The notes beneath the pieces were generated by a model. The model saw nothing but the letters and a program-made list of their open reading frames with translations. It did no database searches and was not told the DNA's origin. From contig JBHGNT010000001.1 in the NCBI GenBank assembly GCA_043228905.1, positions 29,574,001 to 29,638,000 on the forward strand: 64,000 nucleotides of DNA, read 5' to 3'. The position numbers and the translations under genes are program-made. Numbering within the stretch: position 1 is the stretch's first letter; each line of letters opens with the position of its first letter. This DNA is from Azolla caroliniana (taxonomy: Eukaryota > Plantae > Polypodiophyta). Shown here one piece after another: positions 40,610 through 52,359 of the stretch.

Positions 40610-42506
40610 GAGCACATATATGGATATGCGGTATGTTTAATGATGCATTGCAACATGGTATGCCATATGATTGGATTAAAAATTGGATCAAACCTTTACA
40701 TAAAGGCGGAGATGTAAATAATGTTAACAACTATCGAACTATCATGGTTGGCTCATTAATGGCAAAACTATTTGGATGTATAATGGAATCAAAGATAGGT
40801 GTGTGGGCAGAAAAAAATGGTAAGAGAGCTTATGGATAAGCTAGTTTTCGAAAACACCATAACACCATTGATCATCTTGTCACTTTTCGAGTATTAATGG
40901 AGGAAAGTCGCCTTAGAGGTAAAGGTTTATATTGTTGCTTTGTAGACTTCAAGAAAGCTTTTGATATGGTACCTCGTGAGCATCTTTGGAGGCAGATGGA
41001 AGAACTTGAGGTGCCAAGTGAATATATGCTTGCAATTTCCCGAATATATGAGAAGGTTATATGTTGTGTGCGTATGAGAGATAGACTTTTAGATTTTTCA
41101 ATAACATTATTGGAGTTAAGCAAGGATGCCCACTCTCACCAACATTATTTGGTATATGCATTGATGAATTAGAAGAAATGGTTACCAAGTTTGTAAAGGA
41201 AGAATGTGTTGAAGAAGTTTCCATTGGGAACGTTGTGATTATGCTTTTGTTATATGCGGATGATGTAGTGCTTTTTGCAAATACTTCAGGAGATGCACAA
41301 AAGCTTAGGAAGGCATTGGAATATTTTTGCATGCATACTAGATTAAAGTGTCAATAGCTCTAAAACAAAGATTATGCTTGTGAAGAGTAAAAAAAGAGAT
41401 AAACCATGCATTATGTACAACAATGAGCCACTTGGATGTGTGGAAAGCTTCAAATATCTTGGCCTTGAAGTTCCTTCAAATCATAAATGGAATGAATGTG
41501 TTACACGTCGCTTAGAGGCGGGTAAGCGAGCATATTATGCATTTGAGAACACATGATATCTTGGAAATATCTTTTTGACACTTTGGTGACCCTGGTTTTT
41601 CTCTATGGGGTGGAAGCATGGGGTGGTAGCATCCCTAAATCTACGTGAAAAGAGTTTGAAAAGGTCCAAAAACATTTTCTTACAAAGTTTCTACAAGTTA
41701 AGAAACAAACGCCCTACACCCTCCTCCTCCTTGAGACGTGATCGCTTCCCATTGAGATCATGGCCATGGAAAGGGTTGTTGAATACATGCTTAAGGTTAA
41801 AAGAAGCCCCTCATATCAACTTCCTAGAATTGCATGGGAAGCAAGCAAAAAGATCCAAAAGACGCATAAAAGCAAAATTTTGTGTTCTGGTTGGATGCAA
41901 GATTTAGAAAAATAGTTTGGTAGATGGGATGCAAGACACTTGCTTCATGATGCGTCACTAGATTCCTCTCTAAATGAGGCCTTTTTGCAACGCCAATGTA
42001 TCATGACATGGGACAAATGTGGTGGCTCACGCTTCACACATTATACTATAAATGTTGCACCTAACTACAAAACCATATTCTTTGCGGAACGGGGAACTCG
42101 TACACATCAATACACGTTAGAGCCCATCCCAATATTTGCTATTCGAACCATTGCTTCCATGCGACTTCGCTCGCACGCATTGAGATGTGAGATGGGGCGT
42201 TGGGGCACAAGTGATGAGAGTGGCTGACTATGCACACTTTGCCCTAAACAAGTTCGAGAGTCTGAGTATCACACTTTGATACAATGCTCTGCCTTTGATC
42301 ATATTCGACCATGCTTTCCACATCTCTTCAATCGAGCCCAATCCTTGCACAAATTTCTCTCACAACCACGATGTGCACTCTCGATTGCAACATTCATTGG
42401 TAAAGTTCTTGAACATCGAGAGTCGCTACTCACCTTCACACGTATAACGTGAAATGTAATATTTTTGGGACCTCATAGGTCATATTTGACCTCCGAAGAC
42501 GATAAT

Positions 42507-42550
<44 letters not shown>
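40610..42550 (+). mobile_element. 5'-truncated RTE-like LINE with degenerate reverse transcriptase and (CT)n tail
   Basis: PLHKGGD..NNYRTI, FVDFKKAFDMV, GVKQGCPLSPTLF, LLYADDVVL, FKYLG and a C-terminal C..C...ESEYH...C, with several stops and frameshifts. It ends in (CT)n at 42511-42550. Confidence 0.9.
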
Positions 42551-42554
<4 letters not shown>

Positions 42555-44490
42555 CGTAAATCAATGTTTGTTATTAAAACAAAATTATAATACACCCCTT
42601 GCTATCTTCACTACTTCATAAATAATGATAGTGCAAGGGAAACCCTCTCAAGTGTTGTAAAACTAGATGACATAAGTCTATCTCCTCTTGGTACAAGATC
42701 CCCATACAACATAGTTGTGAAAATTGCCAAATCAATTTTCCTTTCATCCTACGGATTTGTTGTGCTATCCCATGAAGTCCATCAAACAAGAACTCATTTC
42801 TCATGGTCCAATTAAACCACATCCCCCAATATCTAAGGTAATAAAAAACCACCTTATATGATGGTGTGGGCATAACTTTATCCTCATCCATAAAAACCCA
42901 TTTATAAGGTGACAAAATATTTCATGTTATCGATGCCCAAATTTGTGACATAATCACCCAAATGGCCTTAGCTATCGAACATGTAATAAACCTATGTCTA
43001 GCATCTTCTTCAACCACCATACAGAAAAAACATGTCCCATTCGAAATATGTCTTCGTTTTAAGGCCATCGCCAAAGGCAACCCACCAACTATGGCACGCC
43101 AAAGAAACACCTTTGCACGGAATGGAAGATGAGATTGCCACCCAACATCTAAAACTCTACGCCACCACTTTACATTTCTAGTAATGCTCCATGTATCCAA
43201 CACCTTATTTTCTAACCAAGCTCTATCTTCGACCAACTTATGGTACACATCATTAGAGTTCACCAGAAAAATCGTTTTCCCATTACCAAATGACCAATCT
43301 TTCCATGGTTCCTCGACCACCAACTCTGGAATTGGGAAAACTAATGTAGGCATTGCCAATATTGATTGCCAAATATACCCATATCCACGTGGTATATGAA
43401 ACTTATTTCTGATTGTTCGAAAGGCCATCATTTTCCTACGTGACGCTAAAACACCATCTTCTACAGTTATCAAACCTAACCTTGCCATTCGATTCAACTA
43501 TGAATTTAGAGTTTCTTTTCCCTCCCAGTGTAATATCCTTGAAGTTGCCAACACCTCTACTGCCAATGAATTTATATCTTTTCTGCACTCAGGAGGCCTC
43601 CAATTAAACAACTTCAAACACCGCTGCCACGAAAGCACCAATTGTTGAACCATACTAGATTCTGAACATTTAAATTGCCGAGTACTATTAACAATATGCC
43701 ACCACGAAGTTGTAATTATCGTTTTCCCATGGTAAATACCAACCTTTTCCACAAAATAAGTAGTTATTTTTGCCCAAGGTTGGGTACCTATGCACATACC
43801 TTTCAAAAGATTGAATCTTCGAGCCATCATATGATCTTCTAAATTGAGTAAAGCAGCACCCCCTAACCGTTTTGGGGTACAAATATTGTTCCATGATACC
43901 CAACTCATACCAAGGTTTGTGACTTTCTTCCATAGTGTATATTTAAGTGAGTGAGCTAAATGATCAAGTGATTTCTTTGTCCATGATAACAATGGCAAAA
44001 AATAAGAAATCATTGGAATCATTATAGCTTGTACCACTTTGAGACGAGTAGTAAACGACCATATGCTTGAGACTTCCAATACATAAATTTGTCCAAAATG
44101 GTTCCCGATATCCAATTCAAACTTTGTGATGATGAGATATCAACACCAATAGGGTAACCTAAGTGTCGACTCACATTCCCCGGATCTAATATTTGGCCAC
44201 CCCATCCAAGATCCACCAAATCACTCTTAATGCATCTAATGAGCATCGACTTCTGCATATTTATATGTAATCCTGATGCCAATGCGAACACATTCCACAC
44301 CTCCATGGCTTTAGCAATGTTATCAGGTGTTGCTTTGAGAAATAAAAATGAATCATTAGCCAATGCTTGAGCGATCAAATGTTTCCCTGATGGTAGAGCT
44401 AATCCAACTACTTCCCCACGTGTTGCCAACTCATGCATCCTCGCCAAAATCGGGTGTGTAGCAATTGCAAATAATAGTGGACTCAAATAA
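42551..44490 (-). mobile_element. 5'-truncated L1-type LINE (RT to zf-RVT), tail-to-tail with the RTE element
   Basis: LSPLLFAIA, ALANDSFLF (FADD variant), SGLHINMQKS, HLGYPIG, VSWNNICTPKRLGG, KVFLWR..LP and CFFC..EEDARHRF..C. Confidence 0.9.
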
Positions 44491-44491
44491 T

Positions 44492-45198
44492 CGTCATGTG
44501 GGTTGGGTTTCCTTCTGGAGTGGAGGTTTAGGGTTCCCAGTCTTTGGTGGGTTTCGAGTTTTTGTTAGTTCCCCACTTTGGGTTTAGTTCAGTTGAGGGC
44601 TCGTATGCTCTAAGGGTTTCCGTTCATAACTCTGTCTCCTATGAAAGATTCCACTCGCGTAGGCGAGCCCAAGTGCTCCCTGACTGGATCTTGCCTGTGG
44701 ACGGTCGCTATATTTGTTCGGTATTGGACCGGCTCGAAACCGGCGTTGTAACTTGTGTCCCTTGTTAGTATATATGAGAAACTTCGGTGTGCATATGTCC
44801 ATGTCAGTGTCTTCTGTTTTTGTCTTGTCTGGATGTGCTTGTGATGTGTGTGTGTGTGTCGAGTTGTTCTGTGTCACGACGTGTCTCCGCTTTCGGTCTG
44901 GTAACTCGTATATACCTGGTCTCGGTCGAGCCATGTGATTTCTGCTCTTGCCTTTTCTATACATAAGAGGGTGCGAAGAGCCGATGTGCGTGCATGTGCT
45001 CTTCCTCTCTTCAATTTGGTTGCTTCCGGAACTTACCTGGACCCATCCGGATTTGTCCGGTTCGGTTGCTTCCGGCTCGCATTCGGAATCGTTCCGGTTG
45101 GTGCCACAACCGGTGTAACCGGTCCCAGAGAAAACGGCCTTCTAGTATCCATCTCTCCTCGGCCCGTGACCCCGATGGTCCTACCTAATCTGATACAT
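44492..45198 (+). mobile_element. Isolated LTR-like segment related to the Gypsy LTRs of this island
   Basis: Starts CGTCA (possibly mutated TGTCA) and ends TGATACA. Its 3' part (cggcccgtgaccccgatggtcctacct) resembles U5 of the LTRs at 49500-49553 and 48401-48460. No matching TSD was found. Confidence 0.5.
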
Positions 45199-45205
45199 TA
45201 GGCTT

Positions 45206-46100
45206 CTAACTGCTAAGGTCCTGCTTGATTTCCGCGACAACGTACATTAGCGTTCTGACTGCTAAGGCATAAGGGACCTTCATCATCTCAACTTTCTCTA
45301 CATTTGTCTTCAGAGATTGATCTTTGCTTAGCTTGCAGTTAGTCGACAGTGTCGAGCCGACCGATTTCGAATTCTGCATCATTCGAAGTCCTAGAGGCCT
45401 ACTCAGTGACATATTGATGATGTATATTGTCGTAAGTAGGGTCTCTACCCAGCAACTACCCGACAGTCTAGAGTGTTGGAGCATGGATACTATACATTCA
45501 TGAATTGTCCGATTCATCCTTTCAACAATTCCGTTCTGCTTCGGATTATGTGGTGCCATGTATTCACGTTTGATGCCACGTTGCCGGAAAAATTTGACAA
45601 ATTCTTTAGACTTAAAACGCTCCTCGATGTTGCTGTCGGGTGTTTGAATGGACCAAATTGAGCGAACTCGATTCCCTCAGTGTTGCCTTTGGGTGTGAAG
45701 CGACTATTTGTTTGCCGTATTGGCAATGCTCGCAAAACGGATGATCCAAGAAAGAGAGTTTGGGGATGTATCCAACTCTAGATAAATGCATTATGCCGTC
45801 CTTGATGAGGTGTCCGAGTCATCAATGCCATAATGATGACATGAGGATATCAACAAGGAACAAGTCACCCTCTCTGAGTGTGATGTATAATGGGTACAAT
45901 GAATGTCCTTTTTGTCCTCGAGCAAGCAGGAGGTTCTCCTTCTTGAGTGTCCACCCTCTCGATGAGAAACCTGCACGAATACCGTCTTCAAGTTGTCGGA
46001 CTGAGATCAACGGTCTCGAGAGCATTTCTCGAATGTCGCCTAGCTAGATTGAGCACAGTTAACTATCAATCTGATTCTGGTTGCCGATTTCAAAGTCCGA
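45206..46100 (-). mobile_element. Ty1/Copia internal remnant (pre-integrase, integrase and RT pieces joined by deletions)
   Basis: LISVRQLED, LWH*RLGH, CQYGKQ, PHNPKQNGIVERMNRTI and VPYALAVRTLMY. Confidence 0.85.
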
Positions 46101-47019
46101 TCACATATTATATGTTGATTGTACCAATTCTCTAGGCCGATCTTGCTTCGAGTGACTACAACAATGAGAGGGTAAGATCTGACTAGTCTTCTTGAATGTT
46201 GGCTAGCTGAATGAAGTAGGAAGGGGGTTGCTCCTAGAACCGAATTTGCTTCGGATGGTTACGGAGAGTGAGTGGTTCGCTGGAAGGCTTGACTGATTGT
46301 TGTCTAACTCGATGAAGCACGATTTACGGTCAAATCGATGGAAAGGCCTCACTTCAAGCAACTAGAAGCATGAAGGCAAAATACAACTGACTGACCTACT
46401 TCAGGAGTAACATGTTTGCGTTCACAAGTGGAAGGATCTTGCATTCCACTTATAGATTCCTTTTATAATCTTGTGATTTTAGGCAATTTTCAGAAACTTG
46501 ATACACCTGTATCACATGTTTTAAATAACATGTAAAATTTGCTAATTTTTTGAGATTTAACAAGTTTCAAAATGATAATTTCTAAAATTGAATAGTTTTT
46601 CAATAAATGTTTAAACGTTGATGGTCTGCAGATATGAAATGTAGTTAACTTAAAGAAAATCACAATGGTTAACTCAAGGCACAAGTTAAGATTAATGGTT
46701 TCACCATCTTGAGGAGATGTAGGTTCCAGAAGTGGAAGTTACATCTATTGTTAGACTTGAAAAAATATTTTAAGTATAAGAGGTAACATTGTAATCCTTA
46801 ATGCCATCATCTATAAATTTAGTGCTCATTAACATCCATAAATTCATAGACGATTTTGATAAATCCATAACTCCTAAAATGTAGATGATATTCATAAACT
46901 ATCAAAACTGTCAAACTTAGATGTAAACATTAATCAATTTGAACATATCACATAGTTATCAAGGTACCCACAATGCTCTCCTCTTCTTCATTTTGAGAAC
47001 TCCCCTACAAAATTTGTGA

Positions 47020-48398
47020 AGTAAATGACATTTTCAAGGTTCAATTACCATCAACACAATTATTAATAGTTTTTTGTTAATCAAGGAAGCACATGTTCAC
47101 CATAAGGTATCTTGTTGTGCAACATACTTCTTTACAATATCGATATGCATCGTTTACTCTTATAAAAATAGAGATTTTAGTACAATTCGAGTTCATGTAA
47201 ACCCTAAACCTCTTTTATTTCTAAGCATGAACTCTATATATTATATCGAGTTGATGTAAAAAACAAAGTTTTCATCACAATTCCATACAATGTATTAAAT
47301 TCATGTTGAAAGTTTTTTTCCCGGATTAAAATATAAATAAAAAAATCGAGCTTGAGTTAATGAAAAAACCAGAATTTTCACCACAATTCAATACAAGGTA
47401 TCGAGTTCATGTTTAATGTAATTTTTTATTTATTTTTTCAAATTTGGTTAAAATTTTTATTTTGGAAAAAAAACTTTAAACATGAATTTGATACATTATA
47501 TCGACTTGTGATGAAAACTCTAGTTTTTTCATCACTTCAAATTAAAAAGAAAACAAAACAAAAAGACCAAAAATAAATAGAAAAAAATCAAAATTGTTTT
47601 TAAAAAAACACTTTAAACATGAACTCGATACATTGTATCGAGTTCGTGTCAAAAAGTTGACTTTTCAACATGAATTCGATACAATATATCGAGTTCGTGT
47701 CGAAAAGCTGAGTTTTTCAACACGATCAAGTTTGTGTTGGAAACCTGACTTTTCGACATGAACTTGATACAATGTATTGAGTTCATGTCTCTTTGGGTGT
47801 TTTTTTTCCTATTTATTTTGGGTCTTTTTGTTAAAAAAATAAAATAAAATTGAAGTGATGAAAAAACTAGAGTTTTCATCACAAGTCGATACAATGTATT
47901 GAATTCATGTTTAAAGTTTTTTTTCCAAAACTAATTTTTTTTAAAAAAAAGTAAAAAAAATTAAAAAATTTGAAAACAAATACCTTAAACATGAACTCGA
48001 TACATTGTATTAAATTGTGGTGAAAAATATGGTTTTTTCATCAATTCAAGGTTGATTTTTTTATATTTTTTTAAAATTCGGGGAAAAAAACTTTCAACAT
48101 GAATTTAATACATTGTATGGAATTGTGATGAAAACTTTGTTTTTTACATAAACTCGATACAATGTATGGAGTTCATGTTTAGAAGATTTTGTTTTTAAAA
48201 ATAAAAGAGGTTTAGGGTTTACATGAACTCGAATTGTACTAAAATATCTGTTTTTACAAGAGAAAAAGATGCATATCAATGCTGCAAAGTAGTATGTTGC
48301 ACAACAAGACACCTTATGGTGAACATGTGCTTCATTGATTAACAAAAAACCATTAATAATTGTGTTGATCGTAATTGAACCTTACAAATGCCATTTAC
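47020..48398. mobile_element. Foldback element: ~630-bp inverted arms built from palindromic subrepeats, right arm cut by an LTR insertion
   Basis: 47020-~47650 is the reverse complement of ~47755-48398. The palindromic module CATGAACTCGATACA-T/A-TGTATCGAGTTCATG recurs about ten times, separated by A/T tracts. Confidence 0.88.
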
Positions 48399-48400
48399 GT

Positions 48401-48940
48401 TGTCGCGTTGTTACGCGCGTGCGTATAGAACGAGGTGGGACCACCGGGGTCTTGGACCGAGAAATAGCTGAGAAGGGGGGAGAACGGAAAGGCGATGGAC
48501 GCACTTGCACACGCGCAGACACGGGAGTACACAGGAATCACAGTCCAACAACACAGCAAACGAGACGACTAAAAGTCCGGGTATATGAACACGTATGTAT
48601 ATAAATAAATAAATAAATAAATAAATATATCAAGACGGTTACAACTAATAGGCCGACAAGGCGAACACCGACGCCTGTTCACTCACACACACAGAAGAGC
48701 GAGATGGAGGCTCTGCAGGAAGCACGCGGGCGTTCCACGGAGCAGAGTCAACCTCCCGAAAACCTACGCAAAATGGCTATGGAGAGTGGTAGAGGAGAAG
48801 GGCTCGGTCCCAGTCCGGCAACACTTCGTCCTCTCTAACGCGCGATACCTTTTTCATCCCTCTCCCTCTCTTTTATAGAATCCGTTACATCACATTAATT
48901 CTTTGTCCTTTCGGACAGAGATACACCTCGATTCTCTCCC
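48401..48940 (-). mobile_element. Truncated Gypsy LTR, probable 3' LTR of element B
   Basis: Begins TGTCG right after ACGT (48397-48400). It is colinear but divergent relative to the minus-strand LTR at 54889-55516 (gaggtgggacc, ggaagcac.cgggc.ttcc.c.gagcag, caacacttcgtcctct, cttttatag). The U3 end is missing. Confidence 0.7.
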
Positions 48941-49556
48941 TGCACCGGAGCGTAGGAACCGGCTCTTCATGCACGTACGTCTTATGTTGTACATAAGAGA
49001 GAATTAGGTACATAGAAGATCCTAGGTAGGTAGATTCGGTAGGTAGGAAGTTAATGGGAAATGGCTCCTTTCTTGCCTATAAAAGGAGGGAGACGGGGAG
49101 GAGGAAACGGGGGATTGCGGTTAGAGAGGACGAAGTGCTGTCGTGTTGTCGGCCGAAGGCTTCTCTCTCTTCCATACTCCGTAGCTTCTTTCTGTGCAGG
49201 TTTTCGGGAGGCTCGCGCTGCTCTGAGGAATGCCCGAGTGCTTCCGGCAGCACCTCCAACCTACTCCTTTCTTTCTGAGCGTTTACGAACAAGCATCGAC
49301 ATCTGTTCGCCGACCTGTTCGGTTGTAGCCGATTTCGTGCTTCTTGTTGTTTGTCCTTGTTAATATATATATACATACATTCGTGTCTCTTTGCGTCGGT
49401 GTCCCACTCGCGTCTTGTGTCGAAGGGCCGTGCCCCTGTGAATCTACGCCCACACGTAGTGGGTCCCTTCCCTTCTCCTTTGTCTCTTGCTCTTCGGTAC
49501 AAGACCCCCGAGGCCCCGCCTCATTCCACGCATCCGCGAGGAATACCTCGACATCT

Positions 49557-49574
49557 TGGTGAACCCGACGTGAA
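49557..49574 (+). promoter_or_regulatory. Primer-binding site complementary to tRNA-Trp (element A1)
   Basis: TGGTGAACCCGACGTGAA, 3 nt after the LTR end, is the reverse complement of the plant cytosolic tRNA-Trp 3' end TTCACGTCGGGTTCACCA. Confidence 0.88.
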
Positions 49575-51650
49575 AGAGGCGGCAGAAGAGCAGAAGATGA
49601 AGGGGTCGGATCTTGCGGAGGCCATGGCTTCGGCCGTGGATCGGATATTGAGCGCACGCGAGGGCACCTGCGCCCTCGACAGAGCCATTGAGGTGGTCGT
49701 CGGTACGATCGGCCGGTTCAGCGGAAAGGATGCCACGAAGTATTTGGCGTCCTACGGGGCAGAAATGTTGATGCGGGACATTCTGGAAGAGAGGTTTCTT
49801 GCCGGGTTCCCTCGAGTGGCGATGCCGAGCATCCATGCGGAGGTGCTCGAGGTACGGGCGGAGAGCCGTACCTGGGAGGAGTTCGAAGGCCGACTCCTAG
49901 AAAAATACGGGCTGGACGACGTGCTCCGGCTTTCGAAAAGGGACTTCATGGAATGGGTGGAGTCCCCTCGCAAGGGAAGAAACGCGTCGGCACTCCTCCG
50001 GGAGTTTGAGGAACGCTTTGCGCGCCTTTCGGCGCTTGACCGAACCGTTATGGATACGAGCCGGGTCCTACTGTTCGTCAAGTCGGTGGACGAGCGGGAC
50101 CGGGATCAAGTCGGCTCCGTGGTAGAAACCGAAGACGGGCTCACGACCGACTGGGCTGCGGTTAAGAGAGTCTGTGGCCGTTTCGACAAACAGCGAGAAT
50201 GGGCTGACAACGGGGCGGCCGGTGCGGGCTCTGTCACAGCAAGGAGGCTTGAACCGGCACCGCAAGGGCGAAGGGCAGAGACCCGGGAGTGGCTCGAAAC
50301 CGGTTCGGCTCCGACCGGCATGGTCAATGACTCGTCCGGAGGAGCAGCGCTGGAGGAGTTGACGCGGGCGATAAAGGATCTCCAGATCGCCCAGACTCAA
50401 AGGGAAGGCGGCGAACCGGCTCGCGACCGACGACCGGCAACCGGTCAACAGAGTGACCATTCGGAACGCAGGAATCGGACCGACCATAGACGAGTTCGCG
50501 GAGGCCTTCGCCGGAAGGTCGATTTACTCGGTCGGTGATCTGTACTCGGGGTACGACCAGTTCCAGCTAGCCGTGGAGAGCAGAGACAATACGACGATGC
50601 GAACTCCCCTCGGCCTAGTGCGAATGTGTACCCTGCCACAAGGAGGGACCAACTCGGTGGCCCACATGGTGAATGCAATGAACAAAGTTCTGAGGGATTG
50701 CATCCCGGACATCACCATGTCGTTTCTAGACGATATCCCGATCAAGGGGTGCCCGTTGGAAGAGAAGGACGAGACACTCGGGCTGGACGGATGCCGGCGA
50801 TTCGTGGCAACACACATCGACGACTGCGAGAGGGTTCTACAAAGGCTAGAGGGTGCGAGGCTCACCTTCTACGGGGAGAAATCGGCCTTCGGGCAATCAG
50901 AAATCCTGGTGGTCAGACACCTATGTGGACCATATGGCCGGAAGCCGTCTTCGGCAAAGGTAGAAGCCATCTCCGCGATGAAGACCGTCTGTAGCTCGGT
51001 TACGGAAGTTCGGAGGTTCTTGGGGCGTGCGCATTCTACCACATATGGATCCCGCATTACGCCCACGTTGCGGAGCCGCTATACGGGTTGATGAAGAAGG
51101 GGCGAAAATTCGAGTGGCGAGACGAGGACACGGAGTCGGTCCGGAAGCTGAAGGAGGCTCTTGCGGCAGCACCGGCGCTCCGGAAGGCTGTCTACGAGAA
51201 GGGTACCCCGGTATACATAACGGTGGATACGAGTCCGACCGGGATCGGATGGGTCGTCAACCAAGAAAACGAGGACGGCTTTCGGTTCCCGATCCGATTC
51301 GGCGCAAAGGTCCTCAGTGAGCGACAGCGAGGGTACGCCCAGGTTAAACGCGAACTCTGGGGTATCGTTTCGGCAGTAAAGGCCGACAAAGACTACTTGA
51401 TCGGGACAGAAGTGATTATCGAGACGGATTGCCTGCCAATTCTCGGCATGGTTTCCGGATGCGCGACACCGGACCTGGCGATGCTCAGGTGGATAGCGTA
51501 CATCAAGTCCCTGGACCCGGAAATACGACACATTTCCGGAAAGGACAATGCCATGGCCGACATGCTTTCGAGGGCGAGGTTTGATGACGAGGGCGGCATG
51601 GTTTCGGAGGACGAAGAAGTCGGCGTGGACTTCTTCGGGGCGGCGTACGT

Positions 51651-52359
51651 TGTCGCGCCCTTCGGCTCTGGATCGTTGCGTGAGTCGGGTGGGAACCGCC
51701 GAGGTTTTTGACTAGGAGGAAGAGGAATACAACTTAAGGCTAGTTATGAATAGTGGAAAGAGAAGTAAGATAGCAATCTCGTGAATCCCACGAGTTTAGT
51801 GTAATTAAAACAATATTTAGATTATAAGAGCAATTAGATGGCAAAATTCGTGAATCCCACGAATATATTAGATTGATAAAAAAAAAACTTGTATATTAAT
51901 CAACAACCATATACATATTTTTCTCCTCCTTATATAAAGACGGAAGAGGCTAAGCATGGCTTCATGCTTTTTCACCTAAAGTGCCCATGCACACTAAATG
52001 TGCATGTGATGTTTTGTCATTTCCTAAATATAGGGCTCGTGCACGCTAGATGTGCATGAGTCACTTTTAATGTCACGCGTAAATAAAATATTCACACTCT
52101 AAAGAATACATGATTTTTACCTTTTAATAAAGGTATGTGTAAATAAAGGTCTTATACGTATTAAATCTATATTTATAACACTAAAGATAAGTTATTACAA
52201 TGGTAAAGTTGGGGTTTATCTACATGGAGGTGCATGGTTTGAATCTTGCCCTATGCACGTGATAAATTCTTTTGATATATTATTTATTTATTTATATGTA
52301 TCTAAATTCGGATATATTATTTTATGGTTTTCACGTAGTGTGTGGAATACACTACGACA
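51651..52359 (-). mobile_element. Solo LTR (709 bp, AT-rich third family) inserted in A1 pol, 4-bp TSD ACGT
   Basis: Termini TGTCG...CGACA with ACGT at 51647-51650 and 52360-52363. Removing it restores GCGTACGTGACGACC as seen in A2. The minus-strand start TGTCGT...GAAAACC resembles the family A LTR start. Confidence 0.85.

Noticed and set aside
51651-52359. Helitron interpretation of the AT-rich insert because of its terminal hairpin
   Set aside because: It has TG..CA inverted ends and a 4-bp TSD rather than TC..CTRR ends in an AT target.
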